Position numbers and translations under genes: made by a program. Below are positions 1 through 12,715 of a DNA stretch of 64,000 nucleotides, piece after piece. This DNA is from Ophelia neglecta (lineage: Eukaryota), in NCBI GenBank assembly GCA_965285935.1, contig OZ260663.1, forward strand, positions 76,136,001 to 76,200,000, written 5' to 3'. The first letter of the stretch is position 1. Each line of letters begins with the position of its first letter. The notes below the pieces were generated by a model that was given only the letters and a program-made list of their open reading frames with translations, did not search any database and was not told the origin of the DNA.

Positions 1-3000
1 ACAGATTTAACCCCCCTCCTTTCTCCTTATTACAGGACCCTCCTATACCCTCCCTACCAACAGGGTGGGGCGTCAACCTGTCAGACTCACCCCTGTCCAG
101 TCTAATTAGCCGAACAGACTTTAATAAAATCAAGCCAATCCATAGGGGGACTGGTAATCATAACCATTATATGCCTGCCAGCTATTCATTTATACCCAGT
201 GTATGAAAATTAAATCCCCATGGAGGCACTAGTTCATATCGTCTAGTTTGAAATTCTCTGGGAACTTTTTGAGGTCCCAGCAGGCCTGTGTTCTTAAGAG
301 TTCTTTTCTTACCTTCTTTTAATGAGCACCATGTTTCACATTATCACCCGAGTAAATATGCTCTCTGGTCGCTGTGTTTATGCTAAGTAATTAAACCTAC
401 TGTAAATGGGAAAGCCAGACAAGTGCCAACACGCATAGGCTGGATGAAACTTAATGCTTATAGCAATAATTGTGCAGGTTAAATAAATATGCTTTGAGTT
501 TAAATGGGTGTCCTGTTGGCCAGTTCTAAACATACCCAACTTTGATGGTCACAATCTTACAGCCATCTTGAATCGAGACACCGCACAAAGTGACAACTAC
601 ACAACACTGTGCATTGTGGAAAGTGCACCAGCAAAGGAATTCTCATGACTCTGAAGTATTACATGAACAACAATAAGTTTAATCACTATATGGGAGGGTG
701 AATTATGGGAGAAACCCTTTTAGCCGAAGAAGAATCAGATTTACTCGCAAATAACCCTTAGATTAATCAGAATATGGACTAGATTGACTGTGGAATTGAT
801 TTTTCCCTGTCATTTTTTATTATCAGGCAAGACTATTAATATCTATATGGACAAGGGATGTGACCAGAATTTGTCCCCTACCACATTACCAATAGTCCTT
901 TATGTCACACCAAATGGAATAAAAGACCCAAACGCATTGGGAGTCCGTGTGAGGAGAAGAGACGGGCGCCCGATGCTATTTCTTTCGAAACAATGGCGGT
1001 GGTGAAGGGGATTCATCAGGAGGGATTATGCCTCCTTGTCCTTATTAGCCTTCCATTCTTGGTTGTCCCTGCTGCCTCACCACGTCAGCCTTGGTTAGGC
1101 TCAGGTCAGGCTCCCCAGCCTCCAGTCCATTAATACTCCACCACCATTACTTAATCGAAATTCCAACACTGCCAGCCAGTCTGCCAAAATCTAATTAGTT
1201 CTATATGCATAAGGACCTGCGAACTTCATAGCGCTGCACAGGGAGACAATTTTAATCCATTTACTTGCAATCTAATTTTTGTGGCAGGCATTTTGTGGCA
1301 TGAACGCCACACATCCTCCTCAAGTTTAGCGACATCATTTAGCAGTGCCAATCACAGTTACTTCATTTGGACAACAGGGTTCTGACATTCAGGGCCAGGC
1401 CTAACAATTTAAAGGGAGTCACACAGCACCCAACTAGAGTAATTAAAATGCCATCCAACAAAAAGCTGAAGAAATAAAGAGGCTAGTGTGATGCCGTGGA
1501 CGACCTTGCCGATCCGCCCAATGTTTGTCTTCCTGCCCACTAATCCCTCTGGCTGCTTCGTCAACGAATAATTAACAAATACACAGCGCCAGATCTATTC
1601 TGACCCTGAGCTTGTTTTTTGGGGTAATGCGCTTCCATAACTATGCTGATCACATAGGCACATTAGGGCCTTGCTGCTGTAGAAAACGTCTGCCGTACTA
1701 AGGAGCAGCTTCATTATTTTGATTTCCCCTTGTGGCGGTTATATAGATAATATAGTTAATTTCATTGGCCCTTGATGAACAAACTCGACTGAGGAGTTTT
1801 ATTTGATTGTCCAGGACTTTCCTGCTGCGACCCTTACAGCCAGCACAGGTGACTATGTGTCCGACTAGACAGCCCCTTTCACTTAGCAAATCAGGCTCGG
1901 CATTATCCACCACCTACCCAATTGTGTCCCTGGCTATATCGCCTGAAGGATGGCTTTCACTTGTCAAAGGCTGCCTCAATACAGTCAAAGGAATTGTCCA
2001 AGTCCAATTGTTTAACAGTCCAGATTCATACTTTATCAACTCTTCAGTCTCACGTAAAGAAATTACAGAGAAGTGTCTACCGACAAAACAATGCCGGCAT
2101 GTCACCACAGCTTTATATGCAGCGACTTAATGACGCTAATGGCCAATGCTTAATTGCAAGCCTCAAATTCTCCAAGTCTTTACCGAATGCCTTTTGGGCC
2201 CAAATGAAATTACTCCATGGACCTACGCAACTTGGGCTTTTGTTCAAATAATATTTGTTTGCTAGACGTGAAGAGACTCATGAAGGGGCTCCGGAGAAGC
2301 TCGCATGCTCATTTAATTACCCTCTCGCATGAGTGCCTACCCTGTCCTTTTTATCATCCTGGCTGCTAAAGTTGACTAATTTGCACCAGAGTTAGAGACG
2401 ATATATTGCCGGCCTGCCCTCAAGATCCTGGTGCCCACCATTCTGTTTACTCAAGGGGCGAGGTTCCAATCTTCAGATTAATATGATTCAATCTTGTGTG
2501 TCTTTGGTTAATGCATTCTTAAGTTAGCTGTTATCTTTTACAGCGGCACTCCAATGGCATGACCTGCACAGAGTCAAACGTGATATGAATGTGAAGGATG
2601 TGCAGCTTCTCTAACTAGAAGCCTTTGGGATATGGTCCCCATTCATATCTCAGGGCTTGGAGACTGACTCAAGGCTGCAGGGACTCCCCGAAGCCTCCGC
2701 TTTTCCATCCACAGCCCATGTTCAGCTATCTCAGCAATTTAACATCTGTACAATTGAGGGAACAGTCTGATGAATGACCAACATAAATAATAGAAGGAAT
2801 GCTAGCTAACCCTGTACGGCAGGGTCTTCATGACATCTTGGGCTGCACACCAATAAAGAAAAAGAAAACTGTTTGAAAAACAAACAAGGATGGTAGCATT
2901 TGAAATGATGAGCCACATTTGCCATTGTTGGTGTGACTTACATCTGTTGTGCTGTACATTCCTGCAGTGGTAGATATCTAACCTGGCAGACAGTTTTCAT

Positions 3001-6000
3001 ATTAATCTACATCATACACAATCACATATGATACACTGACATAATGTGCATTCCAACTTTTCCAAAAAAAAACTGTACCTAGAAAAAACCTGTTATAATT
3101 ATATTTCTAGCCTGACATATATATTACAGAGTATACAAGAGCCAGACATTTATTCATAGAGAGAGGCTCCAGAAATGATTCCAGACACCTACAGGATGGG
3201 GCCACCAATCCAAACGACCTTTCAGTCAAATCCGATAGCTCGCTGATCCACAGAGCATCAGAGATCACCAGAAATGGTCAACGTTTCCATTAAATACTCC
3301 CCTCTCTCCATAAACTCCAGCAAAGCTCCCAGGTCTATAAGCGACTCTGGCCTCACTAATATGCCTCTGGGTGCCCATATTTCAAAACTATCCCTCCCTT
3401 GGTGGACCTGATCACTCCCAGGATGTCAATATAGACCCAATTAAAACATCAGAAAGATCCAAATACTCAAATTCTATGTAAGGAGATATGGCAAATGCTC
3501 ATAAGTCCATCTTGACACAGAAATTCCTAGACATAAATTTGAATTTGCCTCTGCAATGGCTGCAGAACACACAAAGGGTCAAGCTGGCACGACAGAATAG
3601 AGCAGTAACTATGTAATATAAAGTCAAGTGGAGAAAACTGCCTGGCCATCATAAACAATGTATTAACAGCAAGCCAACGACTAGCTGATTAAGAAGTAAC
3701 AGCTTCTTGGTGTAGTTAACCAATTAAACTCAGTCCTAATGAACAATGTCAGATTAACGAGCAGACCACCTGTAGTCTGTAGGTATTCATATTAAAATTG
3801 GACCTTTTCCTAACATTGATCATCTTTCTCATTGACACCTCACTGGGTTTAACCCTTTTACCTCTCTTACTGCTTGTCATTTGTAGTTGCTTCGGCCATT
3901 GTCTGATCTTGTCATTAAGTTGTTAGGTACTTAACAGGCTCTCCGACTTTGTCTACCCCAGCTGACAATTATTCTGGAACAATGGGCCACAAGCGATAAA
4001 GTCACAGACAGTTCAAATATGTGTCTTATTGTTAGAAGGGGAGTTGTGAAGACTTCTTGCCTCCCAACTGGATGAGCAATCAATTCATTTGATTTAGACA
4101 CCAAATTCACCATTTGCATACTGACAATTGCCTCTCATAAGTAATGCTATGATTCAGGACTGAACTGCATTTGACCCTTGCTTTCTATAATTGTGAAGCT
4201 AATAATGGCAATTTTTAATTTCAATGTTAATTTGAGCAGGATTATCAGCCAGTTTCGTCATTAGCTCTTATTAAGCTGGATTTGCACCTTCAGGAACAAT
4301 AAATAAATCTTGCATAACATCTAGTGCTTAATTGTAAGAATATAAGTAAGCAAAGGGCAGAGTGTGTGAACAAAAGACAACCAAATATGGATCAGATTGA
4401 GCCCCTGATGTTGGCCTTGGCTTTGTCTTTGGTTGACCCTCTTGCATAAGAGGGTCCAGGGTGTCAGCGTGAGGAGTGGTGAGAGGGGCAGGAGTGTGGT
4501 CAGCCACTTACAAAACCATCCCACAACAGACACAACAGGGCCCATAACAAATTCAGACTTCTGATTAAGTCATCATTATGTAGGGTTACGCAGAGGGTGA
4601 TTAAAGTTTTGTTGCATTATTTTCATTAGCCTGACATTGTATTTGCTTGGCGCCCATTGTGGCATTGAATCTTATATAACAGTATGGTGTAATAGTGTAA
4701 TTCAGAGAAAATTCAAATTCACCACAATCAGACTATCTAAGTTAGAAGCTAGTTATTTTATAATGAAAGGTGGTGGGACCAACTGTAAAATTCACACTTC
4801 TACTAACAAGAACCTGACTCCCCAAGTCATGGTTCATATTAACATGTCTATCATTTCAAACTAAATTTCTACTACTGATTATCTAGACTTGGCAATAAAT
4901 ACTTTATATAGAATCATTTATCAAAATTTCACACACAAAAATACTATATGATATTTTTGTTAATGCAAATTAATACCACACCATTTAATCTAGGCGATGC
5001 TAATCAGTAAAATTTAGCATATCATTTTTATAGACAATGATGGATATTCAGCATATAACACATTGTCCCATATCACTCAAGAGAAATAACTGATTGTTCA
5101 GCATCGAGTCACTATTTTAATCAATCCATTAGAAAAAATTAACTAAAAATCTATTTCATCCAAAGAAATATCAACTTTAAATATATAATGATGATCATGT
5201 TTTTTAATCATGTTTGAAGCATGTGGGCAGACAGATACAAGTGGGGTTGATATCTTGGGACTTGATGTACCATGTTGTACAAGCTGGCATGCTGCTTTCA
5301 GTCCTGTTGTACCTGTAAGCCAGATTAGGTCAGTAAGTAGGGTCAGTGAGGGGGTGAAGCAGCCGGCCTCTCCAGCCCAGCCTGTCAGCATTCTGTCGCA
5401 CTTCAACAGCGTAAAAACCTGTACAGAATGGTGCAAAGAAATTTGAACTCTGTCACATCCATAATGGAGCCAGGGCTAAGGTTACTCGTTAAACTAATTA
5501 ATCATTCTCACCACTGCACCATGATTGTTAAATTGCCAAACTTTCATTAAATTTCAGCCACCGACCTTCATTTGCTCCATATCTCTCACAGCATCATTTG
5601 GTTTCTGAAGTTAATTGCTTTTATATCAAACCTAAGGTACACTCTTTTCAAAATCTAATATGCACCTAACTTCATATCTACAGAATAAATCGTCTTTGAA
5701 TTCCTGAAAAAAGTTGCTTAATGACAGCAGCTTGTACTGAAGTCACCTTGTAATGTCTTAAATAGCGGTACGGACTAACTTGGTAATGACACTTGTTTTG
5801 TACAAACACCATAAAACTTCAAATTTATTTGCAGATCAGGCAATGAAAAAAGCACCTGATTACAAAACGTGTCTAATGAAGAACACCCAGCATCGCCTCC
5901 TAACCACCAGAGATTAGATAACAGGCTAGTTATATGGACATTTCATTACAACCTTCTGTTTTCACTCAACTAATGACCATTGTGTGTATCTGTGAATACA

Positions 6001-7314
6001 GTTTTTGCCTGTTTTGGCCGGCTACCAAACATTTTGATGTATTTGACCAAGTATTCAAAGGGTCATGAAACATTTGTTTAGCAGCGAGTCAAGTTTGAAA
6101 GAGAGTTCCTTAATGTAAGTTTATGGCATGCACAGCTTTCTAGTAGAGGACAGATTGGGACTGACAATTATACAAGTAAGGCCAAAAGTGACACAGTCTC
6201 ATAAATGATGAGGTCAGTCCCAGGCTAAGATTGCAGTACATTTACTAACACACACAAGGCTGGGGAGTTCTTTCTCCGACCAGGGTAGGCTGACCCTGTG
6301 TTTTCTGGCCTCCAGTTTTATCAGAGTGGACATGGCATAGATTTGACCACTTCTGACGTAGAGACAGGCCACTTTTGATTTAATGACGTTCACTGACTTC
6401 CTCATTGTCCATTAGCAGATGTATGCAAAGTGATGTTGTACGACATGATGTCACTTTCAACATGTGGAGAAATGTCGCCATATTGGGCAATCAGAGGCGG
6501 ATCTAGGAATTAATAAGGGTGGAGAGGAGGAAGGCGGCGAGGGTATCAGCTCCGGGGGGGGAGGAGGGGAGGTTTCCTGACAAACTCTGACCTGAGCAGG
6601 GGTATGGAGGCCCCTGCAGATCAATGAGATGCCAACCCCCATACCCACCCCTGACCCTCAAACTGGTCATATAGCTACATACTGTACACTAGCATCTGAT
6701 TTCTGTGTCATGTTGCTAACTGTCTCTAAATGGCCCAGACATATCATGAACATTTCAAAAAACCCATCAATGCCATGTTGAAATCGAAGGTCAGCCATTT
6801 GCTGACAATATAAGCAGTTGTTTTGAATGCTTTATCTAATATCTTTCTGACAGATTCAGTATTAATTGCCATATTAAAACTGGTATTTTATAAATACCAG
6901 CCGCAGCCATAATCAATGATGATTACATGTTAAAATGACACCAAATAGGAAACTACTGACATTGACAATGCTAGCTTCACTGTTACTCTTATATAGTTAT
7001 CTAACTTAATTATAGAATCGAGCCCATTCTGCCACAATTAACTGGTAGTTCTCACGGTCATGATTGAGGTCATATCTCCCAAATAAACTTTATAACGCTG
7101 CAACTCGGTGAAACAATACATATCTATCATGGTGACTTAGTTGCTCAAAGCGAATAAAGAGTTTGAGCATGTGATATTTTGGCAGGAACCACCAACTGCG
7201 GCATTGATCTAGAAACTGGGTTATTTGATTATGACTTACACTATGATAATACTGAAATACATTCAAATAAATTGTACAATAATACATACAATTGTTGTAT
7301 GAGTTTGCACCTAC
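1..7314 (-). other. ZFHX intron downstream of the large exon (at least 7.3 kb, open at the window edge)
   Basis: It follows the donor. No further zinc-finger or homeodomain coding sequence was recognised. A small poorly conserved exon could have been missed. Confidence 0.65.
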
Positions 7315-7317
7315 CTC
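7309..7317 (-). other. 5' splice donor of the large ZFHX exon
   Basis: The minus strand reads GAG|GTAGGT. Composition drops sharply from GC-rich coding sequence to AT-rich sequence immediately after it. Confidence 0.85.
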
Positions 7318-10300
7318 CTTCGTCAAAGTTGATGACATCTCCATCACTGAACTCCTTGACGGAGAAGATGGCCTCCGGCTGATACTCGTTCTCCTTGCCC
7401 TGCTCTTTCAGCTGCATCATCCTCAAACTCTCGTTCCTCATGTGCTTGACGCTGCGCGAGTGCTGGATGAGGTTCAGCTTGGCCTTGGAGCTGTAGCTAC
7501 ACAGCGAGCAGTGGTAGTAGTGCTTGTCCTCGGCCGCCAGCTTGGCCTCGCTCGCCTGCAGGTGGCGGAAGAGCTTGGCGTTGGCCTCGTGGCGCGGGTT
7601 GCTCGTGTGTAGCTGCAGCTTGTGTACGCTGTTGGTGTAGTAGTCGCAGGCGTTGCAGCGCACCTGAACGGGGTTGCTGACGTTCATGTACTTGAGGCGC
7701 CACTCGTTGGCCTGGCCGCCCTCTCGGATGTGGTTCACCAGTTGGAGCCGCTGTAGATGCTTGTCCGTCTTGCAGTGGAGTTGAAAGTTGGCCTTCAAGT
7801 TGGTCTTGTACTGGCAGAGATTACACATGTAGGTGCCTCCCACCAAGGCGATGTTGTCCTGGTCAGTACCCTTTGTCCGGTCCAGTGACATGTGCTGGTG
7901 TAGAGCTTCTAGCGAGTCAGTAGAGTAAAGGTTACACACAGCACACTGAAATATCTTGCTAGGTTCGTTATTATTGTTTTTCACGTCAATTGGGAGGGCC
8001 GACTTTGGAATACCATTCTCTTGTTTAGTGAGGTCAACAGGAGTCTCCCCTACACTCCCCTGGGGAGGCAGCATGAACATGGCTTGGTCAAAGAAAGGAT
8101 GCAGACCAGGCATGCCAGGAGGAATAGAAGCCAACAGCTGATTTGGGTCTTGTCCCAGCATGGCCATTTGGTTGAGCTGGAACTGCATATCACGCTGCAT
8201 GTGCTTGACGTTCTGCTGGAGCACCATCATGTTGTGTGTGTGCTTCTCGCTGGTCATGTGGATGCGCAGGTTCCTGGCCACGTTAGTCTCATAGTTGCAG
8301 ACGTCGCAGCGCCAGGTAGGTTTTGGTTTGTTCTTGTTCCTGAGCGCCCCGCTCTCCGCCGGCTGTGGTGATTGCTGCTGGGGAGGAAGGGGTGGGGTGG
8401 GAGGCATTTTGATCTCCTGGGTGCCATTCTGCAGCTCTTGCATGTTGTTGATGTGTTTATCAGACTGCATGTGTATGCTGAGGTTGCCCTTGGTGGTGGT
8501 GGAGTAGTTACACACCTCACATCTATAAGGCTTGTAGCCGCAGGTGTACACTTCTCCACGGGCCAGGCGTGGGTGGGATTGGTTGGTGATACAATACATA
8601 CACTGTGACTCGTTTTCAGGGTGCTTCTCTTTCATGTGGATTTCTAATGTCTCCTGGTACTTATAGTGCCAGTTGCACTTGGGACACTTCAACGTTTTGC
8701 ACGAGTTTCTCGAATGCATCATGGTCATATGGCCTCCAAGCGAGCGTGAGCTCCCAATGATCATGTCGCACTTGGGACATTCGATGCCCGAGATGTTTCC
8801 CTGAGGGTGGTCTTCACAGCCGGCCCTAATGACAATTCCCTGCACAGCTTGGCTAGGGGGAGAGAGAGCTGGGTTGGATGTACAACAAGGCAGTGGGGAC
8901 TCTGCATTGGAGCCTGGCCGGGACTCACCCCCACTGTGATTGGAGGGGGGCGGGGAAGTGGACCCAGCCCTTCCGGCTGTATAGCTCTCCATCATTGTCT
9001 TGATGGTGGTGGTATCAGCACCTGATCCTGGAGTCCCTCCCCTGTAGGAAGGTACCAGGTCCCCAGGGGAGGAAAATGGCACACTATTATATAAATGTCC
9101 CCTTGGACTCAGCGATAGCCTGGGCGACTTCAGCTCTGAGTTTGTCTGTTTCTGGTTCAAGCCCAAGCCAGACTTGCCATCTCTTCCCGTGTCTTTTTCC
9201 ACCTTGATGGTGGTACCAGATTCCTCCCGTAATGAGTTGGCCATATTACAGATAAGACCCTTGTCTTCGGCGCCCTTGGCTGCGGTATGTAAATTAGCAC
9301 CCTGTGGTAACTTGCTATCATGAAGTGAGCTGGCAGGATCTGATCCCACCTCCTCCTTGATCTGGACCGGGCCCTCGGGAGAGCCATTATATGGTCTGCT
9401 GAGGGTCTTGTCTCCTTTCTCACTGGTTCCCTGCTCCTTCCCAGCGCCTGAACCAGAGGAGATGGACTGCTCCAGAGGTGTTACCTTAGAATCAGAATGC
9501 ACATAGCTGACACTGGTGTTGCTGCCGCTAGATACACTATTACTGAACATGGTGGGTGGGTAGATTCCTGGCCGAGCTACATTCTGAGAGGAGTCACTCC
9601 TGCTAACATGTCCCACCTGAGGAGGCGAGGTGGGCTCCAGGAACGACATCAGAGGTTCCTTCTCCTTACCAAGTCCTTGAATTATAGCAGAAGCATTCTT
9701 TTGCGACATTATTTCTCGCTCCTCCTCGTTAAGAGTCATTCCATGCTCTCCAATGGCATGGGCCACAAAAGACTTCGCATAGCCAAATGAAAGTTTGCAT
9801 ATGAAACACATCAGTATTGGCTTGGTGGGCACAGTTGAAATATCTCCCGTTTGAGATAAAGATCCCAATATGGAATCTTTTTTAGCAGCATTTTCTTTAT
9901 CCTCATTGTCATCACAACCATTTTCTTTACCCTTCTTAGAACGCAGGTCATAAACTTTATAACTGTGCATTATTGGAGCCTCTGGACGAGGCCTGTTCTC
10001 TGGTGGAAACATGTAAAATGTGTTGTAGAATGTCTGTGGGTTTCTCTGAATGTAGAAAGCATTGGCGATCTGGGGGAAGGCAGTCACTGTGGAAGCCCCA
10101 ATCTTGCCCTTGTGGTCCACAATGCTGCCCTCCTGCTGGGGGACGTCCAACAGCGACTCTGACTCGCTCAGGTCCGACTCTCCTTCGATGATGTACGCCG
10201 AGCCGTCTGGATTGTAGACGATCTTGCCGTCAAAGCTCTCTGCATCACTCAGCCAGTCCTGAGTGGGGTCATCGGCCACAGATTCTCTGTCCTTGTCAGC

Positions 10301-10909
10301 ACTGCAGGGTCCTGAGCAAGTGTGAGTCATGTAAGTATGCAGGTCAGTGAATTCCTTTGAGCACTCGCCACACCTCTCAGACACAGTCTTTCCGCCGTTG
10401 TTTGTCAGAGAAGCATTGGTGGCATTTTCTGATGGTCTTGAACAAGAACTGCGAGCATTTTCAGGCAGATGTTTTTTATTACTGGTTGAGGTTAAGAAAG
10501 ATGATGATTCGGATGATATGGCTGGGCCACAGAGGCCAGGTTTGGGTGAGCTGACCAAGTGGCTGTCTATTGTAATACTGTGAGAGTTGTTGGTGAGCGC
10601 CTGGGACTGCAAGGAAGCAGAAGGACCCGTAGAATTAGGACCCTCGTAGTCCCCACTACTGCCTGGCTGATTACTGTTAATTTTTGTCAAAAGAGGGGGT
10701 GGTGGGTCATCCACCTCCATGTTAACACTGTCCTCCTCCTGAAACTGGGGGCTCATTTTGGGGGTGTTGAGGGGCACATCCAAGTCGACTGGGTCGAGGT
10801 GGGCAGGTGGAGGCTCCATCTCCAGACCGCCAGAGAGGAGGTCAGGGTTGGAGGAGCTGTCTGGGAGCACGCCGGCGTCAAGGGTTCCAGCCATGGCCAT
10901 TTTCTGCAT
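7315..10909 (-). CDS. ZFHX3/ZFHX4: First coding exon of a zinc finger homeobox protein of the ZFHX3/ZFHX4 (ATBF1)/Drosophila zfh2 family; partial CDS of 1,198 codons + 1 nt, continuing in exons not identified here
   Basis: The 1222-aa ORF has family-diagnostic blocks: GKIVYNPDGSAYIIE, HSYKVYDLR, KPILMCFICKLSFG, SAIIQGLGKEKEPLMSFLEP, ECPKCD..GSSRSLGGHMTMMHSRNSCKTLKCPKCNWHYKYQETLEIHMKEKHP, HPRLARGEVYTCGYKPYRCEVCNYSTTTKGNLSIHMQSDKH, WRCDVCNYETNVARNLRIHMTSEKH and CNLCQYKTNLKANFQLHCKTDKH. It carries about 10-11 C2H2-type fingers. The ATG at 10909 is directly preceded by an in-frame TGA. The exon ends at donor GAG|GTAGGT (phase 1) at 7315/7314. Family recognised from memory of the motifs; no search was run. 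Confidence 0.95.
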
Positions 10910-10980
10910 TCACCAGGAATATCACCGAACAGCTAGTGTCTTCATTGTTTCGTCATCATCACCTGGAAATAAAACAAAAA
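10910..10980 (-). other. 3' splice acceptor (AG at 10964-10963) and the 53-nt 5'UTR part of the ZFHX exon (10962-10910)
   Basis: The minus strand reads ttttgttttatttccag|GTGATG..., a strong polypyrimidine tract plus CAG. This implies at least one upstream non-coding exon. Confidence 0.85.
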
Positions 10981-12290
10981 ATTCATTAAAATCAAGCAGA
11001 CATCATTCATTTCATATATCATATTACCTTAACTAACAATGAAGAGGAACCAACCAAAGAAAAGTATATTATCACTATACCGGATACACCAAACAAGGGA
11101 GAGCACAATTCCTACCGCTGCAGATATAATAAATTATCCAGCACACAATAAGTTTGATTTAATTGGGCTTTCAAATATAGAAAACCCAGCAACAAGTAGC
11201 CATTCTTCACTGGAAAAGTTGTCTGACCCACTTCAACGTGGTACTTATTCATTAACTACTGTTTCTTTAAACAGTCTCTTTATGCTACACTGCCCAAGAA
11301 AAGTGGCAGCTTGGTCAGTTCATTACTTGAACAAAAAAAATATGCCAAGTGCTGGCTACATTGTGAACACAGGGACAATTTATGTAGTTAACAGACCGCA
11401 AATTTTGAATCATGATTGTTGATTGCAGCCTGTAAATTACACCATTGAAACTAAGACTAGAGTTTCTCTGGCCACCAAGCCAGCTCTAGTCCGGGTGAAA
11501 TCTCCCATGCCCAATTAAAGAGGGCTGTCCCCAACATGAAGAGATTTTCAAACACTATACAAAGGTTTGAGGCGCCATGTTTGTTCATTATTTCTCCGCT
11601 GATTGAAGATTTCTTGACTGTGGAGGGCCTCGTTTGTCATGTTTGATAACAGTCAATCTGATACTCCAGATTCATGTTTATAATAACTTCATATGTACAA
11701 TTAAGACACTCAATTGTGACAAAAGCACACTCTAGACACCATGATGTTCACCCCACACTCGACCCTGTCAGTTTGATACAGCCCGACCCAGAGAACTGCC
11801 CTTCTACATGTGTCTAAACATCATCATATGTACCACTTTAATTTTACTAAGCCAAGGAGATGTTTCCCCTGAGTTATCTGCCTGATGAACCACTTCCTTC
11901 CCCACTTCAAACTGTAAAACCCTGGCTTGTATTAACCAACATCACATGATGACTGTTATCACAGACCGTGTTATCTACACACAGTTTTTATGATAGGGCA
12001 TATTTGGTGGGAGACACACGTTCCTCTAATAAAGTAATATTTCATTAAACAATGGTAATAGGTAAAGCTAATCAGCTTATGATTATGATAACCTATGTAA
12101 ATACTATGCACACAAGCCTGCAGAGGTAAACAACATTAATGAGAGTGGATGATAATTGTGCATAACGACTGACCTACAAAGCTTAAATTAGTTAAAGTGA
12201 GTCACAGAAATCGGTACACAGGTAAAAAAGGTGCTGGCACAATGGGCCTTGTTTTAACTAAAGTTCTTATCAATTAGCGCACTTCATAAT

Positions 12291-12715
12291 GAGAGCGACA
12301 TGGCACCTGCATGCACCTGCATGCACGGACTGCTAGTAATTAAAATGATTAGTCATCTCCTCGCCATCCTATCTCTTTGGTCACACACAAAATAATTTGA
12401 TATTCGAGAGGAGTCAATTATGAATTTGATGGACTTTGATAAACCTATCCAATTTCTTGATATAACAACTATTTCCACCTTGCAAGTCCCAAAGATTGAG
12501 CACAAAGGGCCATTTCTACAACAGATAACTTTCAATTCTCACTTACGGGTGAGTGGCACAAGGTACCTATATGCACGGTCTACAAGTAATTAAAATAACC
12601 AAACAAATACTCATCATTCAATCTTACTGGTCACACACGAAATAACCTATCACTTGAGAGCTCTTCAATTATGATTCCTCGTGATTTTTGTTCTAAAGAC
12701 CTGTCCAATCCTGAA
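12291..12715. repeat. Diverged direct duplication, two copies of ~170-180 bp offset by 250 bp
   Basis: Colinear shared blocks: atgcacgg (12321/12571), agtaattaaaat, tggtcacacacRaaataa, gagag..tcaattatga, cctRtccaat. Confidence 0.8.

Noticed and set aside
7241-7314. C-terminal tail of the 1222-aa ORF (GRCKLIQQLYVLLYNLFECISVLS)
   Set aside because: Read-through past the GTAGGT donor into AT-rich intron. I saw no nearby AATAAA on the minus strand to support a truncated isoform.
7292-11036. Many plus-strand and alternate-frame ORFs overlapping the ZFHX exon
   Set aside because: Shadow ORFs expected from GC-rich codon usage, with no recognisable domains.
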